From the NCBI GenBank assembly GCA_002269645.1, contig NIVC01002297.1, positions 121,935 to 185,934 of the forward strand: 64,000 bases of DNA, in the 5' to 3' direction. The DNA is from Macrostomum lignano (lineage: Eukaryota). Both the position numbers and the translations under genes were made by a program. The notes beneath the pieces were generated by a model, which saw only the letters and a program-made list of their open reading frames with translations, made no database searches and had not been told where the DNA came from. This document shows positions 42,091 through 52,573 of the stretch, one piece after another (the stretch's first letter is position 1; each line of letters starts with the position of its first letter).

Positions 42091-43385
42091 CGAGGGGCGT
42101 ACTGAAAGTTTTGAGATACGCCGAAACCACAAATATCTGAACCAAAATTTCTGTCACAATTTTTCAAAGTAGTTGTCAACATCTTGCACGCATTTCCTTA
42201 TCCGGTGAAACCACTGCGTTCAGGCTCCAGCCCACTGTTCTTCTGGCACTGCTGAAACCACCCACTCGAACTCGATTCTTGCTGCTTCAGGACTCTCAAA
42301 CTGAGTCCCACGCAGTTGGTTCTTCTCCAAAGGGAAGAGAAAGAAGTGGCAGGGTGCCAGGGCAGGGAATATGTGGGATACGTCACCAACTAAGCTCCAT
42401 TCTCGGCCAGAATTGCCAAAGATGCAGCAGGCGCGTGCGCACTGACGTTGTCGTGGTGCAGCAGCAGGCCACAAAGTCCGGTGCGCGGCCGGCGTCTGCG
42501 CCACGCATCGAACACGAGCGGCAGGCACTGGTTGGTATATCAGTCGGCATTGACTGGCCACCTGTTTTGGAACGCTACAGTCGCCAGGTGGCCGGCCTGG
42601 CTGAAGAAAGCCGCCACCATCTGCTTCCCGACGCTTGACCTTCGTTGGGGTGGCATCGTCCGGGAGGAGCCAAACTGCCGACTGCTGCTTGGTTTCCGGG
42701 TCGCACTGGCAGACCCAGGTCTCATCGCCACTGATGATCTCCCAGCATCACTTCAAGGTCCCAGAATCGAATCTTTCGAGTAGGAACTCGCACCAACGCA
42801 CCCTCTCCGCATTCTGGTCCTCCTCCAGGTTGTGGGGCACCCAGCGGGCACATCGCTTGGAGGCTCCCAGCTTGAGTGCAGGATGGTCGTAACCGCTGCC
42901 GATCCAATGCCGAGAGCCTCTCTCATCTTCTCACAGGTCACTCGCCGGTCCTCGTCAATCATTCTCCGGACAGCAGCGATTTTTTCGTCCGTGACAGCGG
43001 AAGCTGGACGTCCCGTCTGGGGTTCATCATCAAGGCGGCTTTGGCCCCACTTAAATTCGCTGTACCACCAAATAACTGTGGCACGTAAAGGGGCTTGGTC
43101 TCCAAAGGCAGCATGTAAACTTTCAACGCACTGCTCCTACGCAAGACCTTTTCACTGACTATAAACAATCATAGCATGAAAGTCGCGGTTTGCCAACTCC
43201 ATTGGAGCAAATACAGTTTGGTAGGGGGTATTGACTTTAAAGAGAGATTGTGAAAAATTGACAAGACCGCAAAGGCTGAAAATTAATACTCAATCCTCTT
43301 AAAGGTGGTAGAGTATGCATGTAAAAATTCGTGCAGTTCTGACTTATGAGTCAGCCGTATCTCAAAACTTTCAGTACGCCCCTCG
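42091..43385 (-). mobile_element. Full-length (1295 bp) mariner-family DNA transposon, defective
   Basis: Perfect 30-bp TIRs CGAGGGGCGTACTGAAAGTTTTGAGATACG (42091-42120 and 43356-43385); TA on both flanks. Confidence 0.96.
42154..43202 (-). pseudogene. Mariner transposase pseudogene
   Basis: Motifs across frames: DEPQTGRP, ARWVPHNL, SGDETW, LLHHDN, YSPxLAPCxF-like; at least 4 in-frame stops and about 3 frameshifts. Confidence 0.93.
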
Positions 43386-44152
43386 TAGAAGATTACAAGT
43401 CACAAGTCTTACAAGTTACCAGTCGTCTCCCATTATAGTTTACGGTCATAGGTGGTATCGATTTTGACAGAACCCCCACAGTTGGCTAGGCAGTGTTTGC
43501 TCCACTCTGATGGTCTCTCTTGCTGGAACAGATAAAAGAGTGGAAGACTTGCGCTAATTGTTGAATTCAATCAACTCATCACAAAAGATAACGAACGAGC
43601 GCTTGGTAACTCGTACAATTTCGTGAGGAGAAGAATCGAAATACAAAGCTAGAGATAAACAAAATGAATGATTCCTGCACGGTCACGAACTACCATACAT
43701 GTAATGAATTTTACTAGTAAAATTCGTAAAACCTTGTCTGTTTAAAAGCTGGTGCAGCGACAGTTTTTGCTTTCACAAAAAATTAACGTTGTCCGAAATG
43801 TTGTGCAAAAATAAGGTTAAAGTTCTACAGTAATTACTTAGAGTTGGAGGCAGGGGCTGTGTTCACCCTGGCGCACTTTAGGCCGCATTGTCACACAACC
43901 GGCGAGAGGCATTGCTGCCCATCCCGCCGACTCCCCTGAGCAGGCACACAAGCGCGCGGATACGTACGCAGTCATACGCACAGGCACACAATCACACAGG
44001 AGTGTACAGCGGCCCTACCTTCCAATCTTCAGGCATGTGTACTCTCCGTGCTTTCGGGCTTGGCTTACTTAAGTAATCCTCATTTAGAATTAGCACACGG
44101 ACAAAGATAATGCATTCCAGGGAAAATCATTGATTATCTGGTGTAATTTCAG

Positions 44153-44616
44153 GCCTGGACCAGTTATTTAAGACGACAGTCACCAGTGCCAATCGTGACT
44201 CGCCGCGGACCTCCAGATGTCGACTGCGCATCGAGATTGAGGACTTCAATGGCGAGACCTACATGGGAGAGTACCGAATGTTCCAGGTGCTGGATCCTAA
44301 GCAGAACTATCGATTGAAGGTGGGAAATGCCGTGCCAGACTCGGATCTGACCAGCTGGGCCGGAGTGCACAACGAGATGCAGTTCAGCACGTACGACCGC
44401 AAGCACGATAGACAGGCTGGCACGTCCTGCTCGCATCAGCACGGCTACGGAGGCTGGTGGTACGAATCCTGCCACCACATGGATCTCAACGGAGCCTATC
44501 TCACTGACAGGAATATTACTAATAGTAGTGCTGATAGCAAATTTTATGCATCAGTTCTGCATCGTTCATCGTATCGGCCGGTGAAGAGAACGCTGATGAT
44601 GCTCAAGTGCGGCTGA
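44153..44616 (+). CDS. FReP exon 2 (rest of the fibrinogen C-terminal domain)
   Basis: TTTCAG acceptor, phase 1; (G)LDQL...LRIEIEDFNG...EYRMF...HNEMQFSTYDRKHD...C...GGWWYESCHHMDLNGAY; spliced product 348 aa. Confidence 0.92.
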
Positions 44617-44852
44617 GATGCTTTGAGCAAGCGTAATTCCTATCTACTCACGTAGAAGCGTGCACTGAGAACCGTAAATTTTAAGTATCAGTACAGATAG
44701 TTATTATCTGTATCGTACGAGCTATTTAACTCGTTAGGGATTGGTAACTCTGTGGTAACGCTTCCCAATCTCGTGTCGAAAAGGGTGTCGAGAAAGTCAC
44801 GTTTAAATATATTGTATGTAACAAACCTGAAGTTGTATCTCTATCTAGCTAC

Positions 44853-45055
44853 CTTCTTCTTCTTATTCTTCTTCCATTCGGGCGCGCTCGGTCCAAGGCC
44901 CATGGCACCGGGCGTCAGACGGCGCCCGCCTTCCCGAGGAAGTTCAGCACCGCGACGCAGTTCTCGAAAACTGCCGCGGGCTCCGGGCTTGGCCCCCAGA
45001 GGCGGCAGCGGTGTGGAGTGAGGGCAGGGCAGGAGATCAGCAGATGGGCCTTTCA
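44853..45055 (-). mobile_element. 3'-end stub of a non-LTR retrotransposon with a (GAA)n tail
   Basis: Minus frame reads HLLISCPALTPHRCRLWGPSPEPAAVFENCVAVLNFLGKAGAV* (HxxxxCP zinc-knuckle end and xLxFL terminus typical of LINE ORF2 ends); about 40-nt UTR, then GAAGAAGAATAAGAAGAAGAAG. Confidence 0.65.
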
Positions 45056-45149
45056 CAGAAAGTAGCACGAGTAGCACCCCGGATGCTACTCAGACACCCC
45101 AGATGCTAATCTGACACCACCGATGCTACTCAGTGCCGTAGCCATTCAT

Positions 45150-45607
45150 GCACCACCTTCCGTCACCACTGCCTGTCCTTCGCTGCTCCTCTTAACCTCT
45201 CGATTGTCCATCCGGTCCATTCCTTCAGCTTTTCTTCCCACTCTGTCTTTTCGGTCTTCTTGTTCTTCTTTCACTTCTATTTCTCCTTGAATAAAGACAT
45301 TTATCATGGCTCCCTTCCTCGTCTGATGTTCGTAATATTAGACATTTCTTCACTTGATGATCTCTTCCTTACTTTAAAGAAATATTCTGGTTCCTTTCCC
45401 AATACATCTTTAACTTTTACTTAAGAGTATCCATACTTTTCTTCCTCAGAGTCCAGCATTCATTGAGCTGGTTGCGACGCCAATCCAGATTCTGATGTCC
45501 CAATTCTCCATGACGGTTTTCCACCAGATATTTAAACTTTTTCACCTGCTCCAGATTTTCTCCATCAATCAGAATCCCTAGCCTGACATTGTCTTCACCA
45601 TTCCCTG
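45150..45607 (-). mobile_element. Degenerate RTE-like LINE remnant
   Basis: IDGENLEQVKKFKYL and WEEKLKEWTGWTIERLRGAAKDRQW*R resemble the RTE RT thumb and C-terminus; contains stops and frameshifts. Confidence 0.65.
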
Positions 45608-45909
45608 CAGGCGCGTCGCCACCGGGGGGAGGGACAGGGGGGACATGTCCCCCCACCCCAGTAAAAGCTATGGGGGGACATGCCAATGCTTTGTCCCCCC
45701 ACCCAACCTTGTGATCCGTTGTGGCAATCAGTAATTTCTCTTCAGGGCGCCAAAAATATGACTGACTGCGGCGCCAAAAAGAGTCCCTGCGGCGCCGAAA
45801 TATGACAACACGATTTTCAAAATAATGAAAATGTAGGATTTTAGTCATGTACATGTTGAATTCTTGGTTTTGTCCCCCCCCCACCATAAAATCCATGGCG
45901 ACGCCCCTG
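45608..45909. mobile_element. 302-bp hAT-like MITE inserted in the RTE remnant
   Basis: 14-bp TIRs CAGGCGCGTCGCCA / TGGCGACGCCCCTG (1 mismatch); flanking 8-mers ATTCCCTG and ATTCCCCA as a decayed TSD. Confidence 0.75.
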
Positions 45910-45926
45910 ATTCCCCATCACCTTCT

Positions 45927-46007
45927 AGCTAAAACTAAAAGCTAAAAGCTAGCTAAAAAGCTAAAAGTTAAAAGCTAAAAGCTAAAAGCTAGATAAAAGC
46001 TAAAACT
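45927..46007. repeat. (GCTAAAA)n short repeat
   Basis: Direct. Confidence 0.85.
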
Positions 46008-46216
46008 GACTCACCAAATTTCACGCTCATGAAATCCAGCTACCAAAGTGCAATTCGTGGCAAACGTAAACTGATTCGGGGCGCGCGACCGTCAGCTATG
46101 CTTATATTCGATTTGAATTTGAATGCTTCGTGACCGAACGTGGCTTCTCAGAATTTAGGCAAATGATTTAAAATCAAAAGAAAAAACAGAAAAATCAATC
46201 TGAGCGACGACCAGAA

Positions 46217-46582
46217 ATGATTTATTACTATCCTGCGTGGCTGCTCCACGCTGCACTGGGGGCGACTTTATTCGCCTGCCTATTGGCGTCCTTCCTGTGC
46301 CACCTGCATCGGAAGCGACGTTCCCGGAGACTGGTAGCTAACCGCACCGACTGTCTGCTCAACGGCCTAGTGGCAGTTTGCAGTCGACACCAAGATCAAC
46401 CTACAATTCGTGCAATAAGCCATCAGTCAGAGAAGCCACAACAGCAACAACAGCAGCAAAAGAAGCGTCTTCGAGCGAACACCACGAGGCAGCCTCATCG
46501 GACGAGAAATCAGCGATCCCGCAGTAGGCTTCGATCGAGCTCCATGGATGCTTTGCCGCCTCCTGGGGATCACGCGGTGGGG
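46217..46582 (+). CDS. Putative exon 1 of a small single-pass membrane protein
   Basis: N-terminal hydrophobic stretch followed by basic RKRRSRR and polyQ; donor GG|GTGAGC; no recognisable family. Confidence 0.4.
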
Positions 46583-46619
46583 TGAGCACATCGATTTCAG
46601 CCACGCTTTTGAAGACAAC

Positions 46620-46930
46620 CCAGACGCTACAAAGACACCTAACATGCTACTGCAGACACCCCACATGCTACTCAGACACCCCAGATGCTACTCAGACACC
46701 CCATATGCTACTCAGGCACCACTGACGCTACTCAGACACCCCATATGCTACTCAGACACCCCATATGCTACTCAGGCACCCCAGCTGCTACTCAGACACC
46801 CCAGCTGCTACTCATACACCCCAGCTGCTACTCAGATACCCAACAGGCTACTCAGACACCCCAGATGTTACCTAGCACCCAAAGGTTTCTCAGACACTCC
46901 ACGTGCTGCTCAGACATCCCGGATGTTACC
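46620..46930. repeat. 21-bp minisatellite (CCAGATGCTACTCAGACACCC)n; related short copy at about 45080-45135
   Basis: Direct. Confidence 0.92.
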
Positions 46931-46933
46931 TGC

Positions 46934-47165
46934 TAGTCATGCACGCCCCGACGCCATTCCAGCTTTTCAACAGCTGGTGTCTCAGCCTCGCCGACGGTCA
47001 GATCAGCACCGCATCCGTCCCCAAGAAGTGCCTCTTGCAGCGCCGTCTCAGGGAGCGGCGGCGGCGTCTGCAACTACGGGTTTAACATGGCTCTTGGAAA
47101 CTTTAAAGGCGGCGGCGGCGGGTGCGGTAGAAGCAGTGGATTCAAGTGAACTAAACGAATCTTAA
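46934..47165 (+). CDS. Putative exon 2 of the small membrane-protein gene (frame uncertain)
   Basis: Acceptor CTGCTAG; the phase-2 frame is open to TAA at 47165; GC-rich. Confidence 0.3.
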
Positions 47166-47188
47166 CGATGCACTGCATTCACTCGCAT

Positions 47189-48130
47189 GAATCCCAGATC
47201 CTCAATTGCTGGGCCAGCCTCCCAGATCCTCAATTGCTGGGCCAGCCTCCCAGATCCTCAGTTGCTGGGCCAGCCTCCCAGAGTGTCAGTTGCTGGGCCA
47301 GCCTCCCAGATTCTCAGTTGCTGGGACAGCCTCCCAGATTCTGTTGCAGGGCCAGCCTCCCAGATCCTCAGTTGCTGGGACAGCCTCCCAGAGTGTCAGT
47401 TGCTGGGCCAGCCTCCCAGATCCTCAGTTGCTGGGCCAGCCTCCTTGCTTGCTGGGCCAGCCTCCCAGATCCTCAGGTGCTGGGCCAGCCTCCCAGAGTG
47501 TCAGTTGCTGGGCCAGCCTCCCAGATTCTCAGTTGCAGGGCCAGCCTCCCAGAGTGTCAGTTGCTGGGCCAGCCTCCCAGAGTGTCAGTTGCTGGGCCAG
47601 CCTCCCAGAGTGTCAGTTGCTGGGCCAGCCTCCCAGATCCTCAGTCGCTGGGCCAGCCTCCCAGATTCTCAGTTACTGGGCCAGCCTCACAGGGTGTCAG
47701 TTTAGTGTCAGTGTCAGTTGCTGGGCCAGCCTCCCAGATCCTCAGTTGCTGGGCCAGCCTCCCAGATTCTCAGTTGCTGGGCCAGCCTCACAGGGTGTCA
47801 GTTGCTGGGCCAGCCTCCCAGATCCTCAGTTGCTGGGCCAGCCTCCCAGATCCTCAGTTGCTGGGCCAGCCTCCCAGATCCTCAGTTGCTGGGCCAGCCT
47901 CCCAGATCCTCAGCTGCTGGGCCAGCCTCCCAGATTCTCAGTTGCTGGGCCAGCCTCTTAGATCCTCAGTTGCTGGGCCAGCCTCCCAGATCCTCAGTTG
48001 CTGGGCCAGCCTCCCAGATCCTCAGTTGCTGGGCCAGCCTCCCAGATCCTCAGTTGCTGGGCCAGCCTCCCAGATCCTCAGTTGCTGGGCCAGCCTCCCA
48101 GATTCTCAGTTGCAGGGCCAGCCTCCCAGA
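47189..48130 (+). repeat. 28-bp minisatellite, copy 2
   Basis: Same unit as 1868..2437. Confidence 0.97.
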
Positions 48131-49042
48131 TTAGATGCCGAATCAAAGATAACTACGCTCGTACATTGCTGTAATCAAGAGAATTAAAATAAAAACAACG
48201 AACAACTATTCAATTCAGAGAAAGAAAAGGAATTAATCAGACAAATAATTCAATTGTAAACGCTACATAAAATTTATATTGTTTCCAAAATAAAAAAAAC
48301 TGATAAGAAAGTTTGCAAGCACTTTGTAGGCAAAGTGAGCGGTTAACTTTGTTTATCATTTACAATTAATTTTAGGCCTTGTTCTGAAAAGGCAGTCTAG
48401 TAAGAAAAACAATTTTTCAGTTAAATAAGATAACATAATGTTCAATGAAAAACAAAGTCACGAAGTCAAGTACAGCTGATAAAAACACACAGTTTAAAGT
48501 AAGGCTTCAAAACAGACAGTTTGGATCTTCAAGTACTGCTTGTTTTTCCTTATCAGCCTAGAAGTGGACTCAAGAACTTTCAGAACTACATGTATCATTA
48601 AAGTAGATCGAATGCAATTGTGTGAAAAGGTGTGGGTAATTGTGGAATATTGTGTGAAAAGGTGTGGGTAATTGTGGAAGATTGTGGGAAATTGTAGAAG
48701 AGGTGTGAAAAAGCGTGGGAAATTGTGGGAGGCGTGGAAAGTTGTTGAAGATATGTTCAATGGTCTATCGCACCTCTAAATTTAACTTAAATCCCTTACA
48801 AGTAAAAACAAAGGTGCAGAGTGACATAGAGTACTTTATTTGTTTTTGAAAGTTAATTGATGTAAAATTAATCATCAGTTGCTAAAATAGATCGTGAAAA
48901 GCTACCACTCTAGTAGCTCTAGAAAACAGGTGGCATTTAAAAAGCAAAAAAGCAAGTACTCGATGGAATTTAGTTGCTTTTATCGTTAACTACCGATTAT
49001 AACGGAAAATTCAAGTGCTCGGATGACCAGCTAGTCAATAAG

Positions 49043-49292
49043 AGGTGCTAATTGCTCCTATGGTCTGGTTGGTCAATTAGGAGAAGGTGTTAATTGCCTA
49101 TATGGCCAGGTGCGCAATTAGGGGGGGTGCTAATTGCTCAAATGGCCAGGTGCGCAATTAGAGGTGCTAATTGCTCAAATGGCCAGGTGCGCAATTAGAG
49201 GTGCTAATTGCTCAAGTGGCCAGGTGCGCAATTAGGGGGGTGCTAATTGCTCAGATGGCCAGGTGCGCAATTAGGGGAGGGTGCTAATTGCT
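49043..49292. repeat. About 37-bp tandem repeat with internal inverted repeat (GGTGCTAATTGCTCAAATGGCCAGGTGCGCAATTAGA) just 3' of the FAM151 stop
   Basis: Direct. Confidence 0.92.
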
Positions 49293-49342
49293 CAGTTGAC
49301 CAAATCCGATACCTAGAAGAAAATCTGCACTATAAACAGAGC

Positions 49343-49990
49343 TCAGGTGGTAAGGCTCAGGTGACACAAGGCCATGATTGCAAGCGGCTGTTTCTTGCCA
49401 CCTTCGCTGCCGCCGCCGAGGGTCACCAGCGGAGCGTAGGCCGAGTTGCGCCGACTCTCCAGCAGACCCGTCAGCGACAGCTTCAACGACGAATCGGACA
49501 ATGCACCCGACTGGTCAGGGAAGGCAACCTCGACTGTCAGGCTGTCAGGCCGGTGCTCCAGGCTGTACCAGACCTCGCCGCCCGACCGAGTTCGACGAGT
49601 CGACAGCTCGGCTCGACGCCGCTGCCTCTCCGTTGAACCGTCGATATCGAATTCGACAATGCTGACCGAACCGACGGTAACGTCGATGTGGACTCGAATG
49701 CCGCCGTCCATCAGGCCAATTGCGACGCCGGCGGCTGGCGCCATCGGCCCCGCGCCAAACTGGGCGTCGCCGACGAGGCGAAGCGGCACCAAAGCGGTTG
49801 GCGCCGACGGAGTGTCGCGAGACTGCAGCGACAGGCGGCTGGCGCGAGTGGCGACACAGGCGCGGCCGAGACCGACGCCGACGCGCGGAGGGAAGGCGAC
49901 GATGGTCCAATCGGCCGGCTGCAGCGGCACCAGAGTGGCGTTCGACAGTCGGCGGGTGGCTGCGGCCGCTGGCGGAGTCGGCGACGACGT
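49343..49990 (-). CDS. FAM151: FAM151/menorin-like gene, putative last exon (exon 6)
   Basis: Acceptor AACCCAG in phase 0 with exon 5; open 216 codons (ORF 49343..49930 frame); no recognisable domain. Confidence 0.6.
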   Translation of the reverse strand, partial: TSSPTPPAAAATRRLSNATLVPLQPADWTIVAFPPRVGVGLGRACVATRASRLSLQSRDTPSAPTALVPLRLVGDAQFGAGPMAPAAGVAIGLMDGGIRVHIDVTVGSVSIVEFDIDGSTERQRRRAELSTRRTRSGGEVWYSLEHRPDSLTVEVAFPDQSGALSDSSLKLSLTGLLESRRNSAYAPLVTLGGGSEGGKKQPLAIMALCHLSLTT

Positions 49991-50039
49991 CTGGGTTGAT
50001 TTGGGATGAGCGGCTGCTGGGACTTTGATGAGTGGCCGG

Positions 50040-50390
50040 GGATCTGGGAGGCTGGCCTAGCAACTGAGGATCTGGGAGGCTGGCCCAGCAGCTGAAGATC
50101 TGGGAGGCTGGCCCAGCAACTGAGGCGCTGGGAGGCTGGCCCAGCAACTGAGGATCTGGGAGGCTGGCCCAGCAACTGAGGATCTGGGAGGCTGGCCCAG
50201 CAACTGAGGATCTGGGAGGCTGGCCCAGCAACTGAGGATCTGGGAGGCTGGCCCAGCAACTGAGGATCTGGGAGGCTGGCCCAGCAACTGAGGATCTGGG
50301 AGGCTGGCCCAGCAACTGAGGATCTGGGAGGCTGGCCCAGCAACTGAGGATCTGGGAGGCTGGCCCAGCAACTCAGGATCTAGGAAGCTC
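50040..50390 (-). repeat. 28-bp minisatellite, copy 3 (inverted), in FAM151 intron 5
   Basis: Reverse complement of the unit at 1868 and 47189. Confidence 0.97.
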
Positions 50391-50443
50391 GGATCAGCCT
50401 GGTGAATGTGGTCCAGCATCAGTCAGTCCCGCAGCAGTCTCAC

Positions 50444-50884
50444 CAGGCTGGCATTCCCGGCAGCGATGGAGCTGACATCCAATCCCGGCAGATCCACAAA
50501 CAGCCGCCTGCTGCCCAATTTAGTTCTGTAGCGCCGCAGCACAGCAGCTTCAGGCTGCGGCTCACCTGGCGCCTTGGCCATCCAGACAGTCAACGAGGCG
50601 GTGGCGCCACCACCAGCGTCGCAAGCTTCAACAAGCCAGCACAGCTGGGCGAGCGAATCGGAAAGCAGACTGGCCCTGACAGGAAAGGTCACCGCAGACG
50701 ACGCGGAAGAAGATTTCTCTCTCATAGAAGTCACGAGCTCCCACATGGGGACCACGTGCTCCCAGCCGTAGCGGCGGTTGCCGATGTCCCTGGCTGAGTA
50801 GCCGGTTGTCCAACCGACAGACAGGAGGGCACGCGGCGTCAGCTCGCTGTGGAAGCGAAGAAACCGCCGATGGTCGATCGGCTC
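50444..50884 (-). CDS. FAM151: FAM151/menorin-like exon 5
   Basis: EPIDHRRFL...LSVGWTTGY...YGWEHVVPM...VTFPVRASLLSDSLAQLCWL...SLTVW matches FAM151 SLGWTTG / VTFPVRA / SLTIW; 441 bp, phase 0/0. Confidence 0.9.
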
Positions 50885-50970
50885 CTGAAGAAGAAATGTT
50901 TCATTGTCGTGAGCATCTACACCCTCTGAGGCTTTAGGGTTGGCCCTAGTGGTCCCACTAAAGTTCGCAC

Positions 50971-51269
50971 CTTATCAGCCGGAGCGCCAGGCCCGCGCAG
51001 GATGTCAGCATTGACAATGACAGGCCCAGGAAGTCGGTCAGCCACTCTGGCGACTCTCTGCAGGCAGAGCTCCACCACTTCGATCGCTTTGAAGTCCAGC
51101 TTGATGCCAACGGTGGAGTTGGAGGCTGCCACTGTGGCCAGGTATTCATCGAAAGTCAAGTCGGAATCTGTGTCAGGCGGATGGGCCATGATGGGCAGCA
51201 GCTCCTGCTGGCTTGTGCCGGCACCCTTCATCAGTACGTCAGATTCTAGGACCATGACGCGATTCGGGC
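50971..51269 (-). CDS. FAM151: FAM151/menorin-like exon 4 (DUF2181 core)
   Basis: MVLESDVL...PIMAHPPDTDSDLT...GIKLDFKAIE...VNADILRGP are FAM151 signature motifs. Confidence 0.93.
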
Positions 51270-51354
51270 CTGAGGAATAGGGCGGTTTCGGCTCTCTGAG
51301 CAATCTAGCATTTTGGTTTGAAATTACTGAGACTTCCTGAGTTTCCTGGGATCT

Positions 51355-51972
51355 AGTTCTCTGTTCTAGATCCCTCTGTCTTAGTTCTCTGTTCTAGATC
51401 CGTCTGTCTTAGGTCTCTGTTCTAGATCCCTGTCTTAGTTCTCTGTTCTAGATCCCTCTGCCTTAGGTCTCTGTTCTAGATCCCTGTCTTAGTTCTCTGT
51501 TCTAGATCCCTCTGCCTTAGGTCTCTGTTCTAGATCCCTGTCTTAGGTCTCTGTTCTAGATCCCTGTCTTAGGTTTCTGTTCTAGATCCCTGTCTTAGGT
51601 CTCTGTTCTAGATCCGTCTGCCTTAGTTCTCTGTTCTAGATCCGTCTGCCTTAGGTCTCTGTTCTAGATCCCTGTCTTAGGTCTCTGTTCTAGATCCCTG
51701 TCTTAGGTCTCTGTTCTAGATCCGTCTTAGTTCTCTGTTCTAGATCCGTCTGTCTTAGGTCTCTGTTCTAGATCCCTGTCTTAGGTCTCTGTTCTAGATC
51801 CGTCTGCCTTAGTTCTCTGTTCTAGATCCGTCTGCCTTAGGTCTCTGTTCTAGATCCCTGTCTTAGGTCTCTGTTCTAGATCCCTGTCTTAGGTCTCTGT
51901 TCTAGATCCCTGTCTTAGGTCTCTGTTCTAGATCCCTGTCTTAGGTCTCTGTTCTAGATCCCTGTCTTAGGT
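51355..51972. repeat. 26-30-bp minisatellite (TCTAGATCCCTGTCTTAGGTCTCTGT)n in FAM151 intron 3
   Basis: Direct. Confidence 0.95.
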
Positions 51973-52068
51973 CCTCCAGAATATTCTGACCCACTGTCAT
52001 AAATAGGTCACTGATTTGCCCGATACATTGGCATGCAATTTTCCAATAATCATGCAATTATCAATCAC

Positions 52069-52236
52069 CATTCAACGCATCGTGAAGCAGTTTCTTAGAA
52101 TTGGTAGCGTGGGACCACGTGATCTTAGTGGCGTCGTCTTTAACCTCGGGAAAATAGGACAGAATGTCGTGCATTTGCTTAGGTTTGACTTCAAACACAG
52201 ACGAATAGGCCATTTTAAACAGGTAGACAGCAAGAC
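52069..52236 (-). CDS. FAM151: FAM151/menorin-like exon 3
   Basis: ...DILSYFPEVKDDATKITWSHATNSKKLLHDALN(G); ITWxHAxN motif; phase 1/1; missed by the ORF track. Confidence 0.88.
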
Positions 52237-52323
52237 CTGGAGATTATTCATTGATAGTAATAAATTTAGAAAACATTTCCAGGAATAGAAATATTTTAGG
52301 AATCATTCAGAAGTGAAACTTAC

Positions 52324-52457
52324 CAGTATAAATGAAGTAGAGACCAACAAATACCCAGAATAGCATATAGCACACAATGTACTTTTGTGTAGAACGTGGA
52401 AACAATTGCAAGTAGGACACCGGGTTCAATGGATTGGCCACAAACTGGGGCCTCTTT
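52324..52457 (-). CDS. FAM151: FAM151/menorin-like exon 2 (N-terminal transmembrane segment)
   Basis: KRPQFVANPLNPVSYLQLFPRSTQKYIVCYMLFWVFVGLYFIYT(G); TTTTAG acceptor, GTAAGT donor; phase 2/1. Confidence 0.78.
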
Positions 52458-52573
52458 CTAAAATTCAAGCAATTTGTGTGCAATTTATGCCAGATCTCTC
52501 ATGCCATGTTAGTTAGCTTTATCAGCTTTTGTAAGAACATTTATTGCAGAAAGAAAAAATAGTATAAACTCAC

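Noticed and set aside
42198-43168. Cluster of short ORFs on both strands
   Set aside because: Fragments and antisense frames of the mariner pseudogene
49446-50028. Several overlapping Arg-rich ORFs on both strands
   Set aside because: GC-rich shadows of the putative FAM151 exon 6; only one frame matches the splice phase
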